Positions 17,240 through 23,887 of a stretch of DNA of 32,000 nucleotides are shown here, one piece after another (the first letter of the stretch is position 1; each line of letters begins with the position of its first letter). Origin of the DNA: Microcystis aeruginosa NIES-2549 (GTDB lineage Bacteria > Cyanobacteriota > Cyanobacteriia > Cyanobacteriales > Microcystaceae); contig NZ_CP011304.1 of NCBI RefSeq assembly GCF_000981785.2, positions 1,620,001 through 1,652,000 on the forward strand, given 5' to 3'. A model generated the notes under the pieces. The model was not told the origin of the DNA. It saw only the letters and a list, made by a program, of their open reading frames with translations, and did no database searches. A program made the position numbers and the translations under genes.

Positions 17240-18040
17240 TCAGAGAGAAATGGGGGTAGGGGGGATTGTCCTCGATAGCAAAGGTTGTCCCGCTTGCAAG
17301 AGATCGTGAAGGTCCACCACTGCCCCGATAACAGCGATCGCCGGGGATTCAAAGCCGGTGGCTTCGATCTGGTCCATAATCGTAGTGAAAGTACCGATTA
17401 ACTGCTGTTGCTGCGGTGTTGTTCCCCAGCGAATCAGGGCGATCGGTGTTTCTGGACTTCTGCCCGCCTTGGTCAACTCCCCGATAATATAGGGTAAATT
17501 ATGCACACCCATGTAAACAACAATTGTTTCTGCGCCATGGGCGATCGCTGACCAGTTAACTTGAGGACGATATTTACCCGCCATCTCGTGGCCGGTGACG
17601 AAGGTAACGGAAGAACTATAATCGCGATGGGTGAGGGGAATACCGGCGTAGGCAGGCACGGCAATTCCTGAAGTGATCCCCGGCACGATCTCGACGCTAA
17701 TTCCGGCGGCAATCAGATCGAGCATTTCTTCACCCCCGCGACCGAAAACAAAGGGATCACCCCCCTTGAGACGAACAACCACAGCATTAGTCTGGGCCTT
17801 CTCGATCAGTAAAGCGGTGATTTCCTCCTGTACTAGAGAATGACGACCGCGACGCTTACCCCCATGGATTTGTTCGGCCCTGGGGTTAATCATGGCTAGA
17901 ATCGAGGGGCTAACTAGGGCATCATAGAGGACAACATCGGCATTTTCTAGGAGAACTTTCGCTTTTAAGGTCAACAAACCGGGATCTCCGGGACCCGCAC
18001 CGACGAGATAGACCTTACCGCAACTTTCTGATTGATTCAT
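17240..18040 (-). CDS. cobA: uroporphyrinogen-III C-methyltransferase (SUMT)
   Basis: 266 aa. Contains KVYLVGAGPGDPGLLTLKA, VVRLKGGDPFVFGRGGEE and VPGITSGIAVPAYAGIPLTHRD. Confidence 0.92.
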   Translation of the reverse strand: MNQSESCGKVYLVGAGPGDPGLLTLKAKVLLENADVVLYDALVSPSILAMINPRAEQIHGGKRRGRHSLVQEEITALLIEKAQTNAVVVRLKGGDPFVFGRGGEEMLDLIAAGISVEIVPGITSGIAVPAYAGIPLTHRDYSSSVTFVTGHEMAGKYRPQVNWSAIAHGAETIVVYMGVHNLPYIIGELTKAGRSPETPIALIRWGTTPQQQQLIGTFTTIMDQIEATGFESPAIAVIGAVVDLHDLLQAGQPLLSRTIPPTPISL

Positions 18041-18310
18041 AGATACTGGGGAGAAAATTCTTGCTTCGATCGAATGCGCTTGATCCCTACTTTATTGTGA
18101 CTGGGACAAAATTTGGTATTTTTGGCTACAGTTACTCGGCGATCATGCGCTTTCTTCATGAAGAATTATGATCTTAACATTACTTAACCTTTAATCTAGC
18201 GATCACTCTGATCCTAAATCTTGTTTAACAGGTATGGGGGAGAGCGGGTTTTTAAAGTGGGATTGGGAGTTAATCATACTATTAAAAACCGATTCAGTAT
18301 AACGGTGAAG

Positions 18311-18601
18311 TTAGGCAATTGGTACGACTTGGAGGCGTAACCCAAGTGATTGTAAGACCTTAAGAACTGTGGCAAACTCTGGATTGCCTTCGATTGACAA
18401 AGCTTTATAGAGACTTTCACGCCCCAACCCTGTTTCACGGGCAATATGTGTCATCCCTTTAGATCGAGCAATATCACCTAATGCTGCTACCACTAAGCTT
18501 GGATCGCCATCTTCAAGAGCTGCTTCAAGATATGCAGCTATATCTTCTTTTGTTTCGAGATGTTCTGCCGCATCCCAAGGATAGGTTTGGATAGTAGCCA
18601 T
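18311..18601 (-). CDS. addiction-module antidote protein (HigA-family HTH antitoxin)
   Basis: 96 aa. YPWDAAEHLETKEDIAAYLEAALEDGDPSLVVAALGDIARSKGMTHIARETGLGRESLYKALS matches the antidote family that pairs with RelE/ParE-type killer proteins. Confidence 0.85.
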   Translation of the reverse strand: MATIQTYPWDAAEHLETKEDIAAYLEAALEDGDPSLVVAALGDIARSKGMTHIARETGLGRESLYKALSIEGNPEFATVLKVLQSLGLRLQVVPIA

Positions 18602-18610
18602 AAAAATCTC

Positions 18611-18901
18611 CTATAAGTCTTGTGCTAAATTTAATGCTGTTTTGATGTCCCGTTCTTGAGTTTGCTTATCTCCTGCTGCCAAGAGGATGATCAAGGTCTC
18701 TCCTCGCTGAATGAAATACACCCGATAGCCTTGGCCATAATCGATCCGCAGTTCCGATACACCTTTTCCTACTGGTTTAACATCGCCTGGATTGCCCATA
18801 GACAGGCGACGAACACGAATGTCTATACGTGCTTTTGCTTGGCGATCCCGCAAATTGCTAAACCACTGAGAGTAGGTTTCGGTCTGGCGAATTTCAATCA
18901 T
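18611..18901 (-). CDS. type II toxin, RelE/ParE superfamily (addiction-module killer protein)
   Basis: 96 aa. Contains MIEIRQTETYSQWFSNLRDRQAKARIDIRVRRLSMGNPGDVKPVGKGVSELRIDYGQGYRVYF. The toxin gene comes first and the antitoxin starts 9 nt downstream. Confidence 0.85.
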   Translation of the reverse strand: MIEIRQTETYSQWFSNLRDRQAKARIDIRVRRLSMGNPGDVKPVGKGVSELRIDYGQGYRVYFIQRGETLIILLAAGDKQTQERDIKTALNLAQDL

Positions 18902-18904
18902 GCC

Positions 18905-18924
18905 CTGTATCCTATGGGATACAG
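18905..18924. promoter_or_regulatory. palindrome over the toxin RBS region (possible operator or RBS hairpin)
   Basis: CTGTATCC-TATG-GGATACAG lies 4-23 nt upstream of the toxin ATG at 18901. Confidence 0.3.
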
Positions 18925-18935
18925 AAGGACAAGCA

Positions 18936-18971
18936 ATAAAAATAAGGTGCGTTACATTTCATTAACGCACC
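18936..18971 (-). terminator. intrinsic terminator downstream of the matrixin gene
   Basis: Minus-strand GGTGCGTTA-ATGAAATG-TAACGCACC (9-bp stem, 18971..18946) is followed by TTATTTTTATT. Confidence 0.7.
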
Positions 18972-18976
18972 CTACT

Positions 18977-19077
18977 GGATTGTTTCAGCTAATTTGGTGT
19001 ATTAGAAAAATGCTAGAAATTCTATAATCTAAGACTTTAAGCCGAAATCTATTGCCCTATTTTAGCTGAAACAGTCC
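18977..19077. repeat. 101-bp segment bounded by 16-bp inverted repeats (possible MITE-like element or long stem)
   Basis: GGATTGTTTCAGCTAA (18977-18992) pairs with TTAGCTGAAACAGTCC (19062-19077). The core is a 12-bp perfect match, and the full arms match at 15 of 16 positions. The right arm ends 1 nt from the matrixin stop codon. Confidence 0.5.
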
Positions 19078-19078
19078 A

Positions 19079-19885
19079 CTACAAGATCGGCGTACTGCTA
19101 CGCAGTGCCTTCGGCATCGCACTGGGTTCTTTTTCGGTTGAATGAGAGCGTTTTACTTTGCGTTTTAAGGTTGCACCTGCGCCAAGTATTCCCAGGGAAA
19201 ATAGACTTATGATTGAGGTGGGTTCGGGAACTCTTGGTCCGTAAATATATCTTACTCCCGCTATATCATCCGGCTGTAGTCCATTAAAATTCTCACTATA
19301 ATATGGGTACATAAGGGAATTAAGAACATTCGTATGATCAAGTCCAATAGCATGACCGATTTCATGGGCGGTCACTTGGAAAATATCCAGCGTGTTTATG
19401 TTACCATCAATGCTATTAACTGTCCAATTTTCAGAAACATCGAAGTGAATATCCCCTGCTCGTGTGTTGCCATTAGGTGGGGGATAATAGCCATGGGCAA
19501 GAGTTCCAAACGGACCGTCAAAAATGTGACCAGCTAAGCGAATATTACCCAAAATAGCATCGGGATGATCAAATGGTAATCCTGTGTCAGCTACTTCCAC
19601 AAAGTTGATGTTAGCAACATTAGACCAAGCTTGAAAAGCTTTCTGAATTTCGGCTTTAAAGCCAGCAGGCATGAAAGATGCTAATGATGCTGTGGTGCAT
19701 CCTAGTGGTTCAAATTGACCATTACAGGAAACACCACTAGGCATTAAACTCCAAGTAACATTAGCCCCTGTTCCAAAAACAGGATCACCCCATTTTGTTC
19801 CCGTTACCACGAATGCTGAGGCAGTTGAAGATATCCCAATAATGCCAGAGATAACCAGTGTGGTAAACAAAGTCTTTTTAATCAT
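19079..19885 (-). CDS. matrixin (M10-like) zinc metalloprotease with a C-terminal PEP-CTERM sorting signal
   Basis: 268 aa with a signal peptide. Has the zincin motif HEIGHAIGLDH and Met-turn SLMYP. The PEP-CTERM signal is VPEPTSIISLFSLGILGAGATLKRK, followed by an unusual 25-aa tail. Confidence 0.85.
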   Translation of the reverse strand: MIKKTLFTTLVISGIIGISSTASAFVVTGTKWGDPVFGTGANVTWSLMPSGVSCNGQFEPLGCTTASLASFMPAGFKAEIQKAFQAWSNVANINFVEVADTGLPFDHPDAILGNIRLAGHIFDGPFGTLAHGYYPPPNGNTRAGDIHFDVSENWTVNSIDGNINTLDIFQVTAHEIGHAIGLDHTNVLNSLMYPYYSENFNGLQPDDIAGVRYIYGPRVPEPTSIISLFSLGILGAGATLKRKVKRSHSTEKEPSAMPKALRSSTPIL

Positions 19886-20025
19886 TATTTCCTCAATTTG
19901 AGTAGGTGACTTAAATTGCGCTTATTCTAAACAAACCAAACTTTTCTGTCAAGGCTTTTAAAGTCATATAAAGTTATATAAAGCAGTATTAAGAAAAATA
20001 ACTTAAATCTAAAAATAATATTAAA

Positions 20026-20058
20026 TTGACCGTACACCTGATAATGTCATATAATGTC
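20026..20058 (+). promoter_or_regulatory. sigma70-type promoter of the HTH gene with overlapping ATAATGTC direct repeats
   Basis: TTGACC (20026-20031), an 18-nt spacer, then TATAAT (20050-20055). ATAATGTC occurs at 20041-20048 and 20051-20058 with a 10-bp period, overlapping the -10 element. Confidence 0.45.
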
Positions 20059-20095
20059 GGGTAAAAGCTTATTAATCTTGATTCTGTGTGTAAAA

Positions 20096-20584
20096 ATGAA
20101 CAATTTTGATATTCACTCTTTAATTACAACTGTTGATAATCCCATCTTCTCCTATACAGGAGAGAATTTAGATGATGTTCAGTCTGAAATCTTAGAAGGG
20201 GTGATTAACCATCAAAAATACACAGAAATCGCTAAAAGTCATCATCGTTCCGAGAAATATGTCAAGGATGTAGCCGGTAAGCTATGGAAAACCTTATCGG
20301 AAATTTTAGGAGAAGAAGTTAATAAAGCTAATCTTAGGTCTAGTCTGCGAAGATATTATTATAATGTCGCTAACAATAATGTCGTTAACGGTGTCCAAAT
20401 TAATAAAGGTCATATCTGTAATCAACTACCAGAAAACCAATTACAAAAATTTGATCCAGAAGAAGAATATAAACTCGAAATCGCTACAGAATTGATGAAG
20501 GAAGGCTTAACCGTCGAACAAATTGCTAGAGTGTTAAAACTTCCCTTAGAATTAGTTAAACAGCAACTTGAAAAACCTAAGTAA
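20096..20584 (+). CDS. small two-HTH protein: a stand-alone copy of the N-terminal module of cyanobacterial STAND/WD40/CHAT proteins plus a C-terminal HTH
   Basis: ORF 20054..20584. ATG 20096 is preferred because 20054 lies inside the predicted -10 element. LDDVQSEILEGVINHQKYTEIAKSHHRSEKYVKDVAGKLWKTLSEILGEEVNKANLRSSLRRY matches the head domain of large multidomain cyanobacterial proteins, which I recall being labelled vWA-MoxR-associated N-terminal domain. The C-terminus is LMKEGLTVEQIARVLKLPLELVKQQL. Confidence 0.65.
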   Translation: MNNFDIHSLITTVDNPIFSYTGENLDDVQSEILEGVINHQKYTEIAKSHHRSEKYVKDVAGKLWKTLSEILGEEVNKANLRSSLRRYYYNVANNNVVNGVQINKGHICNQLPENQLQKFDPEEEYKLEIATELMKEGLTVEQIARVLKLPLELVKQQLEKPK

Positions 20585-20729
20585 CCTAATTAATGGTGGT
20601 ATTTGGCACTGGCAGAGCATTTCTAAGTTCAATAATAATTTCTATTTTAATAAACTTCATCATGAGAGCCAATATCAACGAGACAACCATTAAGGTTACA
20701 ATGAAAGAATCAGATTTCAGGAAATAGCC

Positions 20730-21020
20730 ATGAAACGAGATGAGGTACTAACAATTCTCGCGAAACACCGAGAACAATTAGAAAAACTAGGGGTAAAATC
20801 TCTGTCTCTATTTGGTTCAGTAGCAAGGGATGAAGCACGTTTTGACAGTGATGTAGATTTATTGGTAGAATTTAGTAAAGCGGTAGGGTTATTTGAGTTT
20901 ATCGAGGTACGACTTTACTTAGAAGATATATTAGGATGTTCTGTTGATTTAGGTACTCAAGATTCTTTAAAAGAACATTTACGACAACCTGTATTAAAGG
21001 ATGTGATTAATGCCTTTTAG
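20730..21020 (+). CDS. MNT-type nucleotidyltransferase (type VII antitoxin, MntA-like)
   Basis: 96 aa. LFGSVARDEARFDSDVDLLVEF contains the GSxxR...DxD minimal nucleotidyltransferase motif. Confidence 0.88.
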   Translation: MKRDEVLTILAKHREQLEKLGVKSLSLFGSVARDEARFDSDVDLLVEFSKAVGLFEFIEVRLYLEDILGCSVDLGTQDSLKEHLRQPVLKDVINAF

Positions 21021-21360
21021 AGATTGGCAACTTCGTCTTCAAGATATTATTGAATCCATTGATGAAATCTTGGAATGGACGGCTAATATGACCTTTGAAG
21101 ATTTTAGATCAAATCGAGTGACTCTTAAAGCAGTTCTTTATAATTTAGGAATTATTGGTGAGGCATCTAGAAATATTCCTAGTGAGATACAATTGCGTTA
21201 TTCTCAAATTCCTTGGCGTTTAATGGGAGATATGCGAAATGTCATTTTTCATGAATATTTTCGGGTAGAATTGGCAATTGCTTGGCGGACGATTGAAAAT
21301 AATCTAACTCCATTGCGTTCACAATTACAGGAAATTTTAGAAAATGAAGCCGAAAATTAA
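21010..21360 (+). CDS. HepT-like (DUF86) RNase toxin
   Basis: 116 aa with the Rx4HxY motif RNVIFHEY. Overlaps the MNT gene by 11 nt. Confidence 0.88.
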   Translation: MPFRDWQLRLQDIIESIDEILEWTANMTFEDFRSNRVTLKAVLYNLGIIGEASRNIPSEIQLRYSQIPWRLMGDMRNVIFHEYFRVELAIAWRTIENNLTPLRSQLQEILENEAEN

Positions 21361-21369
21361 TCTATAAAA

Positions 21370-21400
21370 TTCCCCCTCAACTTATTCAATTAAGGGGGAA
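21370..21400. terminator. hairpin after HepT (weak or bidirectional terminator candidate)
   Basis: TTCCCCCT, a 15-nt loop, then AGGGGGAA. A U-rich tract (TTTTAT) follows only in the minus-strand reading. On the plus strand there is no T-run. Confidence 0.3.
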
Positions 21401-21677
21401 TGAGTTATATAAAAAAAGCAATTTAACCGACGTTCTTGACAAAAGGCCATAACCTGTGCCTTGGGAGGGATTAAGAGAATTTCTGATGCCCTCTTACCCG
21501 GTAGAAATCAAGGAAACCCCCCATAAATCTAACTCGGTTTCAGCAAATATGCTCGCTCCCTGTCCATTGAGAAATATTACCATAAACATGGGTACAGCAA
21601 AAAAAGTTAAGGGATGTATCCATTGATGGATAAGGGTTTTTTGCTATTGCAGTAGATATGTCTGGGGTCAGTTGAGA

Positions 21678-21706
21678 TAGACAAAAATAGTCAAAATATT
21701 TATAAT
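21678..21706 (+). promoter_or_regulatory. candidate promoter of the ureohydrolase gene
   Basis: TAGACA, a 17-nt spacer, then TATAAT (21701-21706), 35 nt upstream of ATG 21741. Confidence 0.4.
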
Positions 21707-21740
21707 AGAAGATTGGACTAAAATTTTCTGTGATTTGCCC

Positions 21741-22640
21741 ATGTTATTGTCTGGCGCCACCGGTAGCGAACAATTTTTAGGTAGTGAAGCGATCGCATCT
21801 TACGCCACAGCTAAGGCCGTGATCCTGCCGATTCCCTACGAGGCCACCACCACCTATCGCAAGGGTTGTGAAACTGGACCGGCGGCGGTGATTACCGCTT
21901 CCCAACAATTGGAAGCCTATGACGAGGAACTTAAGAGGGAAACCTGTTTAGAAGTGGGCATCTATACCCATGATGCGATCGCAGATACCCGTCAACAACC
22001 GCAATTGTCCGCCGAGGAGATGTTAGCCGTCACCACAGCTACAGTTTCCCGTCTAATTGCCGATGATAAATTTGTCGTCGCCGTCGGGGGTGAACACGCT
22101 ATCACTACGGGAGTAGTACAAGCTTATCGACAAGCTTTATCGGAACCTTTTACTGTGGTTCAAATTGATGCTCATGGCGATATGCGTTTTGAGTACGAAG
22201 GCTCCCACCATAACCACGCCTGTGTGATGCGTCGGGTGTTAGAAATGGGTTTACCGACCTTACCCGTGGGAATTCGGGCTATTTGTCGGGAAGAAGCGGA
22301 ATTAATCGCTAAACAGCAGATTCCCGTGATTTGGGATCGAGATATCGCCGGTGATCCGAATTGGATCGAAAAAGCGATCGCCAAAATTACCACCGAGAAG
22401 GTATTTTTAACCATAGACGTGGATGGCATCGATCCGGCTTTAATTCCGGGGGTGGGAACACCCGAACCGGGGGGGTTAAGTTGGCATCAAACCCTAGGCT
22501 TTCTCCGTCGTCTTTTCCAAACTCATCAGGTGATTGGCTGCGATGTGATGGAATTGGCCCCGATTAGTGATTCGGTGGTCTCGGAATTTACCACTGCCAA
22601 GTTAATTTATAAGTTAATTGGATATCAATTTACTGTTTAG
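21741..22640 (+). CDS. speB: arginase/agmatinase-family ureohydrolase (agmatinase-like)
   Basis: ORF from TTG 21735; the first ATG is at 21741. Metal-binding motifs are GGEHAITTG, QIDAHGDMR and TIDVDGIDPALIPGVGTPEPGG. Substrate specificity cannot be read from the sequence. Confidence 0.85.
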   Translation: MLLSGATGSEQFLGSEAIASYATAKAVILPIPYEATTTYRKGCETGPAAVITASQQLEAYDEELKRETCLEVGIYTHDAIADTRQQPQLSAEEMLAVTTATVSRLIADDKFVVAVGGEHAITTGVVQAYRQALSEPFTVVQIDAHGDMRFEYEGSHHNHACVMRRVLEMGLPTLPVGIRAICREEAELIAKQQIPVIWDRDIAGDPNWIEKAIAKITTEKVFLTIDVDGIDPALIPGVGTPEPGGLSWHQTLGFLRRLFQTHQVIGCDVMELAPISDSVVSEFTTAKLIYKLIGYQFTV

Positions 22641-22644
22641 GGGC

Positions 22645-22674
22645 TTGCCTAATTAGGAGCAATCGTGTTATAAT
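22645..22674 (+). promoter_or_regulatory. candidate promoter of tRNA-Val
   Basis: TTGCCT, an 18-nt spacer, then TATAAT with an upstream TG (TGtTATAAT, 22666-22674). It lies about 12 nt upstream of the mature tRNA 5' end. Confidence 0.45.
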
Positions 22675-22686
22675 AACAATTCGTGC

Positions 22687-22760
22687 GGACGTATAGCTCA
22701 GTTGGTTAGAGTACATCGTTGACATCGATGGGGTCACTGGTTCGAATCCAGTTACGTCCA
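22687..22760 (+). tRNA. tRNA-Val (anticodon GAC)
   Basis: 74-nt cloverleaf folded by hand. Acceptor GGACGTA/TACGTCC with discriminator A. D arm GCTC-AGTTGGTTA-GAGT. Anticodon arm CATCG-TTGACAT-CGATG. T arm ACTGG-TTCGAAT-CCAGT. No encoded CCA. Confidence 0.93.
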
Positions 22761-22821
22761 TAAGGTATAATCTTGATTTCTAATGATAGGATGAACGATC
22801 GAAGCTCTCCAGAGAAACCCT

Positions 22822-23871
22822 ATGACTAGCTTACTGCGCGACTTTTGGTATGTGGCCACACCAGCAAATAAACTTAAACCCGGTCAGCTAATGGCCAAAA
22901 AAATGCTAGGTGAACCGATTGTTGTTGGCAGGAGAGAGGATGGAGAAGTGTTCGCATTGCGGGATATTTGCCCCCATCGTGGCATTCCGCTGCACCATGG
23001 CTGGATTGAAGGAGATGGGGTGTACTGTTGCTATCATGGCTGGAAATTTAATACTAGCGATGGCGTTTGTTCTGAGATCCCCTCATTAACGGAACACGAT
23101 CGCCTTGATATTAGCAGAATTTGTGTCACCAGTTATCCCTGTCGCGAAATACAAGGTCATATCTGGGTGTTTATTCCAGCAGACTCAAAAAGAGAAATTA
23201 ATCGAGAAAATCTGCCTCCTGTGCCGACTATTAGCGCTTTTGGCAAACTTACCCCCAAAGTAGCCGAAACTATCACTTTTGACTGCAATATTGACCATGC
23301 AGTGGTGGGATTGATGGATCCGGCCCACGGTCCCTACGTTCATACTTCTTGGTGGTGGCGCAGCGGTCCGCGCAAATTTCGGGTCAAGGAAAAACAATAC
23401 GAACCTGTCCCCCTCGGTTTTCGTCTTGCTCCCTATGATATGCCTGTAAGTGCGAAACCCTATAAAATTTTGGGTAATAAAGTATCGATTGAAATTGTTT
23501 TTGAATTGCCCTCGGTGCGTACAGAAATACTACGAGGCGACCGCCATTTAGCTTGTGCTTTTACGGCAATTACTCCCATCGATGAAAATCACTGCGAAGT
23601 CCATCAAAGTTTATACTATACGATTCCTTGGTTGGCATTTTTAACCCCTCTTTTGCGTTATTTAACCCTACAATTCCTCAAACAGGATCGCGATGTGGTG
23701 ATTAAACAACAGGAAGGACTTAGTTATCATCCGGCTTTGATGTTAATTGATGATGCCGATACCCAGGCCAAATGGTATTATCGCCTCAAGCAAGAATACG
23801 AAAAATCTCAAGCAGAAAAACGTGATTTTGTCAACCCCATTAAAGCACAGATTTTACGATGGCGCAGTTAG
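22822..23871 (+). CDS. Rieske [2Fe-2S] non-haem iron oxygenase (PaO/Tic55/LLS1-like family)
   Basis: 349 aa. The Rieske motif is CPHRGIPLHHG...CCYHGWKF. A downstream DHAVVGLMDPAHGPYVH is a mononuclear-iron type region. Confidence 0.85.
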   Translation: MTSLLRDFWYVATPANKLKPGQLMAKKMLGEPIVVGRREDGEVFALRDICPHRGIPLHHGWIEGDGVYCCYHGWKFNTSDGVCSEIPSLTEHDRLDISRICVTSYPCREIQGHIWVFIPADSKREINRENLPPVPTISAFGKLTPKVAETITFDCNIDHAVVGLMDPAHGPYVHTSWWWRSGPRKFRVKEKQYEPVPLGFRLAPYDMPVSAKPYKILGNKVSIEIVFELPSVRTEILRGDRHLACAFTAITPIDENHCEVHQSLYYTIPWLAFLTPLLRYLTLQFLKQDRDVVIKQQEGLSYHPALMLIDDADTQAKWYYRLKQEYEKSQAEKRDFVNPIKAQILRWRS

Positions 23872-23887
23872 AATTTGATCATTTTAT

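Noticed and set aside
18037-18159. 40-codon ORF (MKKAHDRRVTVAKNTKFCPSHNKVGIKRIRSKQEFSPQYL) whose TGA overlaps the cobA ATG
   Set aside because: It has no SD-like sequence, no recognisable family and a short basic composition. An ATGA overlap can arise by chance. I treat it as cobA leader or promoter DNA unless conservation shows otherwise.
18041-18310. Cobalamin riboswitch upstream of cobA
   Set aside because: I found no B12-box-like sequence or the expected GC-rich multi-helix region. The segment is AT-rich and short.
15963-18924. The psaJ terminator arms (GGGATACAG/CTGTATCCC) and the palindrome upstream of the RelE-type toxin (CTGTATCC/GGATACAG) share the same 8-9-mer
   Set aside because: With about 10^9 position pairs in a 32-kb window, shared 8- to 11-mers are expected many times by chance. 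The same applies to the recurring TGACTAAATTT (11505, 30721) and TATTTTAGCTG (19058, 25492, 30735) strings.
22687-22760. tRNA-Val as the integration site of the 18.3-21.4 kb islet
   Set aside because: I saw no integrase gene and no direct repeat of the tRNA 3' end near 18.0-18.3 kb or 21.4 kb. The ureohydrolase gene lies between the islet and the tRNA.
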